64,000 nt of DNA from the human T2T-CHM13v2.0 reference genome, Homo sapiens: the NCBI RefSeq assembly GCF_009914755.1, contig NC_060947.1; one strand, 5' to 3'. A model generated the notes under the pieces. The model had not been told where the DNA came from and ran no database searches. It saw only the letters and a program-made list of their open reading frames with translations. A program made the translations under genes and the position numbers. Of this stretch, positions 26,886-40,194 are shown one piece after another (positions within the stretch are counted from its first letter, which is position 1; every line of letters begins with the position of its first letter).

Positions 26886-28034
26886 AAAATACCTCTGTCT
26901 TGGTCTCTGACAATATCCCTATTTTTCTGCTAGAAGGGAAAAAAAGAATGTTAGAACGGCACTGGCAAAGCAACTCAGTGTTTACCATTGCATTTAACTC
27001 AGCTCTGACATCCAAAACCCTGAGAACTATATCCCAGACTGAGAAGTGCTGGGCCACTGAGGCAAATTAGGAACACTTCAACAATGAAGTATTTTAAATG
27101 GCTTGGCATTTAGCCTCTCTATATAGAGGTCTCCTTTGGAGAAGCTGGTCTACTCATTACCAGAGACTTTATGCATGTAGTTGGGATCGTTCCTCAGCTC
27201 CCTTCCCATTTTTTTTTTATCTGACCTCACTTCTTAATTTAGCTCCATTTCAGATCCCTTGCTAAGTTAGAAGGGCCAGATGAAGGTCCTTCGGGGGCCT
27301 ATCAACACCTCTTCAACTCCACTTGCACTATGAGGCAAGCATAGAAACCAATCCCTAGGCTTCTGATTGCCCAGTGCTTACAGCTGATTCAGCCACATTT
27401 CCCAGCTGATTGTTCCACCCCCGATCTCTTTCCTTGCAGTAGCCTGGGGTTTCAATTTCTTTTACAAACATGCCTCCCCTACCCACTACCACTATAACCT
27501 TGCCTTAGCCATCAACCTCCCTCACCCTCAACTAACTTTCTGGATCTAAAAAAGTAGCCAAGACCTGTTGCTAACATATACTGGGATTGACTCCAACTGT
27601 GCTGACCTGTAATACACATGAATACATCCTTGACAGATTGCTTGAAACCCAGAGGGACAGATGAATATAGGGTTACCAGACCTTCATTTCAAGGGCTGTT
27701 GACTAGCTAGAGTGCACAGACTCTAAAAGGAGCCACAGTTCTGCCATGCATGACTAATGCAACTTGAAAGGCAGGCACTTGGTAGAGAAGGAGTAGGAAC
27801 ATGCCTAGGAGGCTGATCAAAAGCACCCTAGCCTGAAAATCCCACTGCTGCAATCACTTCTTTGGGCCATGACATTGGTTTCCCAAAGATCTCAGTTAAA
27901 ATGTCAACATGTCCTCCAGGATGGATAAATGCCTTAAGACATTAGCACCTACCATTACTACTCTAGTCAGGAAGAACTTACCATGTTGGTTGCTGATCCC
28001 TTAAGAGTAATTGAAAAGAATAATAATTCCTAAG

Positions 28035-28230
28035 TAGACAAACATGGATTTGAATCCTAGCTCTGTCATTTAGTGTTCATGTGGCCCTGGGCAAGCTCCC
28101 CTAAGCTCTCTGAGTCTCAATTTATTTGTGTATAAAATGTAGATATCATTATTTACTACGTAAGTTGCTGTAAGGATAAAATGGGATAATGTTTGTAAAG
28201 TGTCTTGCACACAGTAAGTGCTCATGAAAA
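28035..28230 (+). mobile_element. MIR SINE
   Basis: GGATTTGAATCCTAGCTCTGTCATTTA...CTGGGCAAG...CTCTCTGAGTCTCAATTT. Confidence 0.8.
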
Positions 28231-29999
28231 GACTTGGTCCCTTAAGCCCTAGCACTCCCCACTCTGCCCAGGTCTTGAATGTCCACATTGAATGAGTTGC
28301 CCACAAAAAAATGGTAAATGGTTGGAAGTGTCAGATATGTGCAAGTAGGTTATTTGCCAACGTGTAGAAAGGTTAAGACCTGAAACTCTCAGGGAATACC
28401 TCTCTGCTCCCATCCTAGAGAATTTTGTTCTCGCGATAAGAGCCCCATCCCTTTACAAGTGGTGGCAGTGCATTCAAGGTGTACCTCTCTAAGGCAAGTC
28501 TATACCCCCAAACCGAAATAATAAAAATGGTTACTCGTATCTTTGTCTCTGGAGCAGCTATCATCTCCTGTTGGAGAATGCCCTCTTACATATCAATTCC
28601 CATCATGGTTTCTTGACTTCACACACAGCATGTCAGTGACACATATGTGTCACAAGCACTTTCGATAGTTTTAATAACGTGTTTTGTTTTATAAATTTGA
28701 ATCGATTTGAGGTTACGCCTATAATCTTGCCACTCTCCCACACTTAGGCAGAGTTACTGGTTCCGTCAATGACCTTGGATATGCCTGTGTTGCATATGTA
28801 AATGCCCTTCATCATGTGAGACTTTATTTTCTCTTGCTCATTCCTTGGAGGATCTTATTTTAGGATCGAGTTGCTATTTCCTTTCCAGCCCCTCCCCCTG
28901 AAAAAAAAGGTAGTTGAAATGGGGTCAAAGAAACTTATTTTCTTTGTGTTTTTGGTGTGAACTACCTCAGAAGTACTCATATAGCCTCCTATGACTTAAT
29001 GTCCTCCAAGCCAGTGACAGAGCAGCCTCCTTCCCATATGCCTTTATGAACATCTGGGAGTCTGCGTGAACATCTGTACATACATCAGTATATGTGACTC
29101 CATGTGTCCCAGCATGTCTGTGCTTGCATTCTGATGCAACACCTGTTAAACTACAGTACCAAATTGCTGGCTATTGCTGTGGCTTTAGGGCTAATTCTGG
29201 AGAATAAGATGCAATCTCAATTTAATACAGGTGGATAGAGATAACAGGAAGATGGAGATCCAGGGAGACAGTAGATTTCCTTGAGATCATTTTTAATTGT
29301 CCGGAGAGAATAGGTCATGCTGAAGCAATTTAGCCTTTAACCACTAACGGCACTATTTGGAAATGTTCTGCCATGCTCCTGTTTTTCCTCTACTCTGACT
29401 TTTTTTCTGCCTGTCGCAGGCAGAATGAATACTTACAGCCCAAGTGCTAAGTCCCAGAGAATAATGGCTTGGATAAAGAAAACTTGTCAGGGCTTTCTCT
29501 GCAGCCTTGTTCTGTGCGAAGTCAGAGCCTCTCCTGTTGCTTCACTTTCAAACCTGAAGGCATCAAAGGGGCAGCCAGGTCATCTTTGTTTTAAACTCTC
29601 TTTTCCCCTGCTGTCAGCCTCTACTATATCTCACCTTTTTTTAAATTAATTCTTCAGAGAAGTCTCACTGTGAAGTTGCCCTGACATGATTTATTTTAAA
29701 GAATGGCTTTAGCGCTCTTGTTTAAAGTACCATCCAGGAAAGTCTTTACCATTCCAGATATGTATGGGTCTTCCTCCTCAGGCAACGGTATTCACTGGGG
29801 TAGGAAGGAGAGGAGGTGCTCAGGAAATAGCTGGAACCTGCTGGAGGAAGAGGCCCCCCTTAGTTGGAGGTCGTGAATGCTGTGAAATGGAAAAGGCAAA
29901 AGGATCCCTTGGGGTCTGAACATCAATGACTCCGCTAAGGACTGGTGACCTCTTAGGTCTAAGAGTCGCTTCCCGCGAGCCTACAAACACTCTCTGAAA

Positions 30000-30045
30000 C
30001 ACATTCCACCAAACACTCAATACTTTTTCCATAATAGCCTTTAAT
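30000..30045 (-). terminator. PCDH19: PCDH19 distal cleavage/polyadenylation site
   Basis: ATTAAA on the minus strand (TTTAAT at 30040-30045), with GU-rich TTGAGTGTTTGGTGGAATGT about 20-40 nt downstream and several upstream UGUA motifs. Cleavage is inferred near 30021. Confidence 0.75.
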
Positions 30046-33000
30046 ACTAAAATGCATTAAATTTTTGAAGCAGAGAAAACACATTTAAAGGGGGAAACAG
30101 AGAACCACCAGATAAAAGGAAACAATGTGGCAGATAACACCATTTGAAACATAACTGTAATAATTTAATAAAGCTGCTTTATCATCTTCATAAAATAGAC
30201 AGTGGTGATTCTTTTTTGTCTTTTTTCTTTTTACAATGATTCAATCACTGTGAAAATGTACATAACATACAGATCAGCATATACAACAATTTTATCTTCA
30301 TATAATCAGCAACAGAGACTGCTTAATGAGACATACTGTACTTGCATCCCTCTAAATTTCCACCCTGGTTTGACAGGTAAACAGTAATAGTGTCATCAGG
30401 CTCATTCCCCTCACTAGAGGAGCGAAGGCGTAAGCCTATTGCAACTAATACCTTAGCATTCAAATAGCACAAGGAGGTATTTGTTGCTGATTTCTAGCTC
30501 GAGCTAGTCTGGCTCTTGGTCATTAAAGTCTGTATCCTAGCCTTCCTCAGCTGAACGCCAGCCAGTGCCAGTAAAAATCTACTTAACCAGTGCTGTAATG
30601 GTGTTAGCTGGTTTGTTTGCTAAGGTTGACAGCAACTTTCAGTTAGTAACAAGGTCATCTTGAATTGCCAACACAGCTGGAGCAACAGTCAGCATCATCA
30701 GTTTTCCCTAATGACCTACAATGCTTTCCAATCAAGATCAGGTGTTTGTGGGTTATTCTTTACCAAGAGCGCCTTCCAATCTATGTATCAGACAAGGTGG
30801 TAAATTTTCTTTGTTTCACAAAAGCAATATGATTCCTATTTGAAATTAATTCACTTTTGCACAACAAGTGACCCACAAGCCAATTCCAGCGGCACAAGAA
30901 AACGAAGAGAGCTGCAACAACTTCATTAGGACAATGTGTTTTGCTCTGGAATATTTCATTATCAATATAAAGCCACCCGGTCCCAGCCCCACCCCCAAAC
31001 ATCCCCTTTGAATATTACTTTGTTACATACTTAAACTAAAGAACAACATCTCAATACACTTCAGTGTCAGCAGATACAATTTGACTCATGAAATGACATC
31101 CTTAAATGTAATTTTACCAAGAAGGCAAACACTAGGACTGTATACAATGGATTTCTTAAGCTCATTTATGCCAGTTTTTCAAAGTCAATAAGGGTCTTAT
31201 TACCCGGGGTAAAGAGCCAAGTGGACCAAACTTGTCAGAATGCTTTGGGGGAACATTCAACATCAAAATGATCCCCAGAAAGTGGATTGGAATTCCAGCC
31301 AGAACTGCTATTATGTACAATAATAATCCTTTTCCACTCTGGATGCCCAATCGAGCTATCCCCTTCACCCTGCCTCTCCCTAAACTGCCCTTTGTCCTTG
31401 CTGCTTCAAGTGGACCACTTTTTGTTTTTAATATGATAGGGCTACAGGGAAAAGTCAGCTAAACTCCCTTCATAAAATCAGTCAGTCATATGCTGAAGTA
31501 ACACTATCAAGATGATACTCTTGAGTGGTTCCAATTTTCAGAGATCTAAATTGTATTTTTTAAAAATATTTCTGATTAGAGATCAGTGGATCACTAAGCG
31601 AACAATTTTGTCTAAATGAACACCTTAGGTGCAATTTTGGATGAAGAAGTATACCTGTCTGGGGAATTGCCAAAGCAGTTATCATTAAAGCATGTCACAC
31701 TTCAACACCAACTCCTCCTTAAAAGGGACATCAGAATAAATGGAATAGAACTCCCTAGGACTTAGGAACCGAAATCACTCCCTTGAGTTTATGTGTGCAA
31801 CATGTTTAGAGAACAAAAGGGAGAATATTTGGCCCTGTGAACCTTGTAGCTTTTCACCAGACATGCCAAAAAGGAGAAGGTGGGGTGGGGCGGGGGGGAC
31901 ATGAGCCAAAGGGAAATTTAGGATCCTTGCTCAGAATGCCTATTTGCAGGTACAGCCTGCCTACAAAACCAGTTTACAAAGCCTTCCTAGTATGCACTTG
32001 TGCTTCTGAGAGGACTCATACATCAGACAATTGTGGGGAAAAATATTTCCTTAATGAGAGGAATTCTCTGAACATGCTCAGTGAGGTTTGGAAGCCAAAA
32101 AAATCTGACTGCCCACTGAGAACAAAGTATTTGGATAGGGAAGAAGGATGGATCTATAGCTTGAAGATGAATTATGAAAAGAAATGAAGAAAACCCAAGA
32201 GAAAAGCAAAATCAATGCCAATGCCACTCTAACCATTTAAAACTTGGCTGGTAAGAGGCATGGCAGCCAGTGGCCTCTCTGGCTCAACAGCCACGTGACA
32301 ATTAATGTTCCCACTTTCCACAATCTTTTCTGCTCCCTGGTTCCCACTGAGCATAGCAAGAAATACACCTGTAGAAAACTGTGAAGTCTGACTTCAAAGT
32401 GACCTTGAAATCGTAGCTAATAACATAATATCAGGATGGATCAGGGTGAGAAACAGTCTAAATTCTATAGGCAGCCATCATAACTTAAAGGGGAAATTTT
32501 TAAAAAATTTTTAATGTGTTAATCAAATAGTCACTTGCAAAGAGAAATAAATACTTAATTCAAAATCCACTACCAAAATGAAATAAATCAGAGGGAGAAA
32601 ACTGTATGAGAGGCAATGAAATGAGGAAAAATGAAGATGTTATGGTAATTCATCCTTAATTGTGTCAGCTTCAGAGGGAAATTTGCAGCCACACCAATAT
32701 TTTGCATGAGGTAGTATTCAGCACTGAATAAGAAATAAGGATGGATTTGTAGCTTCATTATAAGTTCTTTTTCAGAAATGTTCTCCCCTACCTAACCCCA
32801 TCCCTACTGCCTTACCCACCCCCTCCCTCAAAACCCTTCTCCCTCCTGTAAAAGAAAATATTCCTAGTAATGCGTAAAGCTAGGAACTCAGGCAAAAATA
32901 AGTAAAACATTCAAAAGAGCTGACTTATCTACCTAAACTTAAGAAAATAAATCCTCTTTTGCATTCTAGTGCTCTAACCTCTAGGCCTTCTCTCTGTGTA

Positions 33001-34653
33001 TTCCTGAATTTCAAAAAATGAAACAAATGAAAACAGAACCATAAAACTTGTTTCTCTAGAAACAACTCTCTTAAGACCAAGGCAGAACAAAGGTGACATA
33101 TTTCTTTAGTTTATTTTTAAATAATGAACTCTTAGGCTGCAAAAATACTATGTTGGCTAGTGAATATTAATAGACAAAAGATAAATGGGGGAGTTAGAGG
33201 AATGTTAAAACAGAAAAAAAGGATCTACAGTGTGTTAATTTAAAAAGGGTGTATTCCTAGCCTACAGCAAAAAGAGTTGGCTAAATCGAAAGGATTTTTA
33301 TTTTAGTATTTTCTTGTTCACATTTTTAATCAAAAAACTATTAGTCATAAAAAGATGAGTTCAAGTGTCTGAGTGTCTCCGTTTAGAAGGCACAGTAATT
33401 GGATTAGCGATGCTGTTACCTGTTACCTGTCTTTTCCAAAATATACACTTTGTACTGCTTACTCTATCCCTACGTATATAAGCCTAAGATACAGAGCAAC
33501 ATGGAGTTCTCAATCCCAGCCCATGACGTGCTTTGCAGTCTAATTCTAATCATGATTGGGAAACACTGAATCAGGAAGTGTGTGTCTGAAGAGATGCTAA
33601 TTTAGATCTTAAAATAGATTCAGTCATCTTCAATTTTAGATGATTGGAGAGAGGGAATTTCTAAGCCTGGAAACATAACTTCAGGAGCAACTTTCCTGTT
33701 CAGGGCCTGAAAATTTAAAAGATGGATGTCATAAAACTTTCAGCACAGTATTTCTGACAACTGCAAATTAGATAGCAGCCTATCCAAAAATGACTTTCTG
33801 CAATGATCTATCATGGACCTGGGCAGACCACTGAAAGGCAGGAAAAATACTTTGCAAAGTGGTGAGCAATCACTACATGAGTTAAAAAACGTGAGTATTC
33901 TCCAAGTACTCAATCTATATGCATGGTGTTGCTCATTCATTTGCTGTCTCAGTTGTTTGCACTTTGTTTTTGTCTGTAGTTTTATTATTTTTTTAAGAAA
34001 AAGAAAACACCAACTTTTAAAAGCCTTTTGCCATCACCACACACATAGCAATTTGCAATATCAAATACAACAATAGCACAGCTAGCAAAAGGGTTTTTAA
34101 AGCAGGGGTGTCCACAGCAAAGTAGCGGCATTGGGAAGTACTCGAGCTTCAGAAACAACCTTTTGGGGGCTCAATTTCACATCACTGAATCAATGAATAG
34201 TACACAATAAATGACCATTAACTTGTCTACACTACAAAAAACAGTGGCGAGCTTATTAAAGGTGTCCAGAGCTTTTTTTTTTCACTTTTTGCTTTTTTAA
34301 ATGTAATCCTCCACAAACAATGGTAATTTATATTATAATTTTGACATAGAAAAATATATAAATTCAAACACTTAATACATAATACTTTTCACAACTGAAT
34401 TTGTCTCTGTTTCCCCAACATCAAGGCCCCATGAACAACTCAAGCCAAAGCTAATTTGCTCCAACTGAACACCCCTGCTGCCTGTTGAAACAAGGGACTG
34501 TCACAGAATGATAATCACCTATAAACAATACATTTAGGAAAAGCTCTGAAATATAGCCACTCAAGAACCAACCATTGGTGAGCAATTAAAACAAGAAGCT
34601 CCTGCTTCTTCACTAGCCAGTGTGGTTTCTTTCTCTTCTTCCTGGAGACTGGT
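30021..34653 (-). other. PCDH19: PCDH19 3' UTR (~4.6 kb)
   Basis: Continuous block with no recognisable interspersed repeats between the stop codon and the poly(A) signal; U-rich on the mRNA strand. Confidence 0.8.
30396..30417 (-). promoter_or_regulatory. miR-484 target site with extended pairing
   Basis: Plus strand TCAGGCTCATTCCCCTCACTAG versus recalled miR-484 UCAGGCUCAGUCCCCUCCCGAU: 18 of 22 identical, including the 8mer seed. Confidence 0.8.
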
Positions 34654-35328
<675 letters not shown>

Positions 35329-38300
35329 TTAGATATCCACAGGCCCTTGTGGGAAATGGCACTTTTAGGTAGTCCTTTATTGCCTTTTGGGACAAGTGTG
35401 AAGAACTGGATTTTTTTAAAAGGCTGAAGATCTCCCTCTATGTATATCCTTTTTAAGGTTCCCACTACTGACAAAACAAAAAACCTAAAGGGAAACACGT
35501 TATGATGAAAATACATATATATTCTAAAGTTCATCTGGAGTGTCAAGGTGCTGAGAGTCAGCATTTTAATCAACAACTCCTGCTAAAAATCACCTGTGTT
35601 TGAAACTGGATTCAGCAGATGAGGGAGTGGAGGCAGGGAAGGGAATCCAACAGTCAGTATATTTAAGAAGCCTTGGCCATATTTTTGAACAACAGCACTG
35701 CCAAACACCCTTCCACCCTACCCATCACTGATACACAGTGCTTAATTTAATTTTAGATTGATATCCTACTCTCTGTGAAAGCCCAATCACACCCCTTCTT
35801 TTTGACCACCAGTCCCACCAGCCAATCTCCTCACTATGCCACTTCCATGACTTGATTTCCCATCAGAAGGAATAAACTGAGAGCCCTTCTATCCAGCTGA
35901 CCCATAAGCTTCAATTGGCCCTACGCAAACATCAGTGACATGTTGGTCATTGTTAATTAGACCCAACTAGCCATCCCTCCTTATCTTTCTTATCTGCAGT
36001 TTTGTTAGAGAAATATTTCTTAAAGAAATCTTTCATGGATTATTTTAACTCCATCCTGGAAGATCTCAGCAGTTACAATTCATAATTATTGGGCAGACAT
36101 AGATTTATCTTTCCAGGTCAGGTTCACTAAGGGTTAAAGCTTCAATCTGGCTCTCAGAGAGGCTTACTGCACAGGCTTTACCAAGGCATGGACCCAGGGT
36201 TAACTTCTGCCTGTTACTGGAAAACTGTTAATCTCAATGTTTGTTTTATAGCCCTAGTTTTCCAGATCTATTTATATTTATGTTACATTCTTACAAGAGG
36301 ATGACCTAATGAAAACATTGCGCAATGCATCAAAATATGAGCAGCTTAACATTTACAGAAAATACATATATATATCTTATATATACATATGTATATAAAA
36401 TATATATATTTATGTTGTGACTTATTTTGCAGGGGGAAGATGTCTGCAATTCAGAGTCTTACTTGGCATCAGTCTATATATAACACATCTTCCTTGTATA
36501 CTTGTATTTCTATATTTTTGGTGTTTTTTGTTTGCTTCTTCATTGTTTTTAAAGAGTAAATGGCATAGCAAAGCAAGGTACTGCTATGCCTCATTCATCA
36601 AAGGTTCTTTGGTGAAGGGGCACAAGGCAGAGGGCTCAAGGAATAATGGTTGAATTGGCTGTACACTTCATTATTTGGAGGAAAGACATTAGAAGCCTGT
36701 TAAATATCAAGGACCTAATCCAAGCTAAATCCAGATTTCAACACAATTCTGGGCATGGCCCTTGACCTCATTTAAGCTACTTAAAAGCAAACTAAAGACA
36801 AGACCTCTTCAGTGTACCTTGACATAATTTGCCAATTTATCTTTAAGATGGACACTTTCATCCCCCTTTCAGTGCTGGGCAATGAAACACTCAGAATTTT
36901 GTACAGTGGAACCAAATAACAAATGAACAACATCATGAACAGGGAAAGTGCCTTCCACCTAGTTAGGACAATGTTTCTGCAAACTCCAGCTCAGTTCCAC
37001 ATCAGGCTGCATGGCCACTTCTGCAAAATGAAAGGTCTGTCAAGGCCCTTTCTCCGCCCCTTCCCTGCAAACTCTCTGTGTTGCCATCTGATACCCTGTT
37101 ATCATTCAACATGCATGTACCTGGGAGGCAGAAAATATGAAAGTAAGGGAAGCATTTTGGGATATACTTGAGAAGCACTTTGTGTAGACTAAACAGTATG
37201 AGTGGAAGAGTTAGTTGATCTACTTTTAATCAGTTTCCTCCAAATATAGTGCTTTCCACAGGAGGTCCCAAGATCCCTTCAGTAGAACAGAAGTCACATC
37301 TTTAGGGCTTCCCAATAAGCTGTTTTTGCCTCTTCATCTCTTCCAAGGCCTATCTGGTAACTTTCCAAATAATACCTCTAAAAAATTAGTGAGAGTGTTT
37401 CAGGGTAGAGAGAGTAAGCAGTTGCAGGTGGGGGAAAAGTTCAATAAATTATTTCCATTTCTACAAATCAGAGTAAAAATCCCTGGAAGCCAGCAAAAAA
37501 ATGTCCAGAAGGCTATAAGATCTCTGCCCTTTTTGTCCCTACCTGAAAGGCATAAAAGCATAAAGACCTAACCCTTGAGCCCTGAAACCATGGACATATG
37601 ACCAACTAAGAAAAGAAAATCCCAGCCAAGATTAAGACTGATATTTCAGGCCACTTGCTCACACTTCTAGAGCAGAGCAGTAGTGAAGTACAATTGAGTA
37701 CCATCTGCCCAATGTCTTCAACACGAAGCTCTTATTTCTTTGAGTTTTTTAATATGAAGTGACTGTCCTCTAATTTTGAGATTTAGTTTTTTTCAACAGC
37801 ATTCAATAGGAGAATACCACCCATGTGTCACCCTGAATCCAAGTACAATGCTCCTTCCCTATACTAGGCTGCCTCAAATGAACAGCATGAGGAGACTTGG
37901 ATCCCCAGAATATCTGGGGAGGGAGAATAGAGAGCCCAGAGACAGACACCTCCAAGATCTTATAAATCTTGGAAGACCAGAGCAGGGAATTCAATCTTCT
38001 CTGAGGTTTCTCTGTATAGATAGTACTTGCCTTCAGCTGACCCACTGTCTAAATGAAACAATCACTGTTGGGAAAAGAGAAACGGAGACTAACTCAGGAC
38101 ACACCCAACAATGCAATCAGTCTAAGCCTCCCCACCAAGCTCACTGAGCCTACCTCAGCTCCATATGAGCTGGAATCATATGCAGTTTTCTCAGATTACT
38201 TATGTAAACTTATTATATGCACTGCCCTTCCTCACGCAAGTGAAGACTTGAATCTAAGAGACTCTTTTACTCACAGTGTCTCATCCTTGGCTTGGATCTG

Positions 38301-40194
38301 ATACCTATATTTTTTTTAAGTCCTTACCAAGGGCACTGAGTTACTGTTTCTTATTTTTGTGTTTCAGATATTTTGTGACATTTTTGTCTATACAGTTACA
38401 ATGAAGTCTAACTTAGCTTAAATATGTTTATAGCCACTTTATATATGAAATAAAAATTGTCAATATAGACAGGCAGGAAGAACATCTCTGCCCAGCACAG
38501 GGTAATTTACATTCATAAATATACTGCAGATGAATTACCTTTCAAAAATCAAAATTTCAGTTTAGTAAAGAAATTGTGTAGTAAATGTGAGAAAGTCACA
38601 ATACAAAGCCCCTTAAAAATAGCAATGAAGACAGACCAGATGTAAAAAAATAAAAATTAAAAAGACTACTTCTGTAATTGTATAGGACTTGTAAAGATTA
38701 TGTGCCAGTCCTCATGTAGTATAGTGGCTGGGAATGGAGCTATGAGACTAGAGAAGAACCATTTTGTAGCATCACAAACTGTCAAGGTGCTGGCTCCAGC
38801 TTATATAGAGAGATGGGCTCACGATTCACTAAGTTCCTGCTGAGATTCTTCTTATGAACCTATCTGTGACCTGATACTTTGCTACATTTTTATCTGAAAG
38901 TTCTGACCTGAACCTAGGCAAAGCAAAATGTGGCATTCTAAAATCCACATATAGTTGTGGAAATTCACGTATAGATGAATGAAGGCAGGTGTCTTTAATT
39001 TAAACATACTCATGATGAGGGTTGACTGATGAATTTGTAAATTGGTTTTCCCTGCTTCTGAAGTTGTCCCTAGGATTTGCAAAAGAAACAAGAACAGAGT
39101 GCATAAATTTGGAAGAGGAACACAAATCTTGAGACCAGAGAACTCCTTAGTTCAAAACAAATCTGATTATTTTAGACCATAAAAAATACAGAAAAAAGTG
39201 AAAGTTTCTTCAATCTACATAGCAGTAAGTATTTGGTGGTCACAATTTGTCATCAGGAAACTTGGTGAGAGAATTCCAAAACCCCTGGCCAAAAAAAAAA
39301 AAAAAAAATTAAAGCATCAGTCTTGCGAGGGTACAAGAGGCAAAAGAGGCAGTAAGGCAGTAATGACTAAGTCATGATAGATTAAGGAAGTAATTCAAAC
39401 AGAAAAAGACCAGAATATGCTATTTTGTGCAGATAATAGCAAAACTTTATGCAGCAATTACTACTCTCCTCAGGACATGAAACTGCCATCTCCTCAGATG
39501 TGGCCAAACAATGTACTTCCACACTAGAAAGAGCCTACCCATGGTCCCCACCAAAGTAATAAAAGAAAATGATGAAAACATCATTTCAGGCTTTGCTAAA
39601 ACTTTCCAAGTCCTGGTGGAATAGAAGAGCTAAGAGGCTCTGCTGGGTTTGTATAGATATCCAGTCACAATGGATGTGTTTGATAATGCTGGCAGTTCTT
39701 TACTGTGATTCAGAGTTTGGGTGTATTAACTCAAAGATCCTAATGATCACAGACGAAAATCCAGCACTAAAATAGTTCAAGGTTACAGTTACAAGAGCAA
39801 TATGTTTCCTCTTCAGAAATAATCTGCAATCAATGAATCAGAAAGAAAAAAGTTAAAGTGAGTTCCAGTTCCTGAGAGCTCAAGTAGTTGGCTACTTCTA
39901 AGTGGCAGCAGTAGTAGAACCAACAAGCAAGTGATGTGTATATCAGACAAGCTTCCTGAATTGTACTCTTATACATCTACTTAGTTTATTCTGCATCACC
40001 TCATGAACAAGACAATCTGTAACCAAAGCAGGGCCATTTTTTGTGAGATATAATGGAAGAGATTATGACAATGATTATGAAGAAGTTTAGTGCTGTTAAA
40101 ATTGGTCACATGTGCCTAATCGAGGAAACCTAATTGTTGAGAAGTACACCACCCACCCTTGACCTATCTAACTCCTACTCTATGAAGCAGAGAT

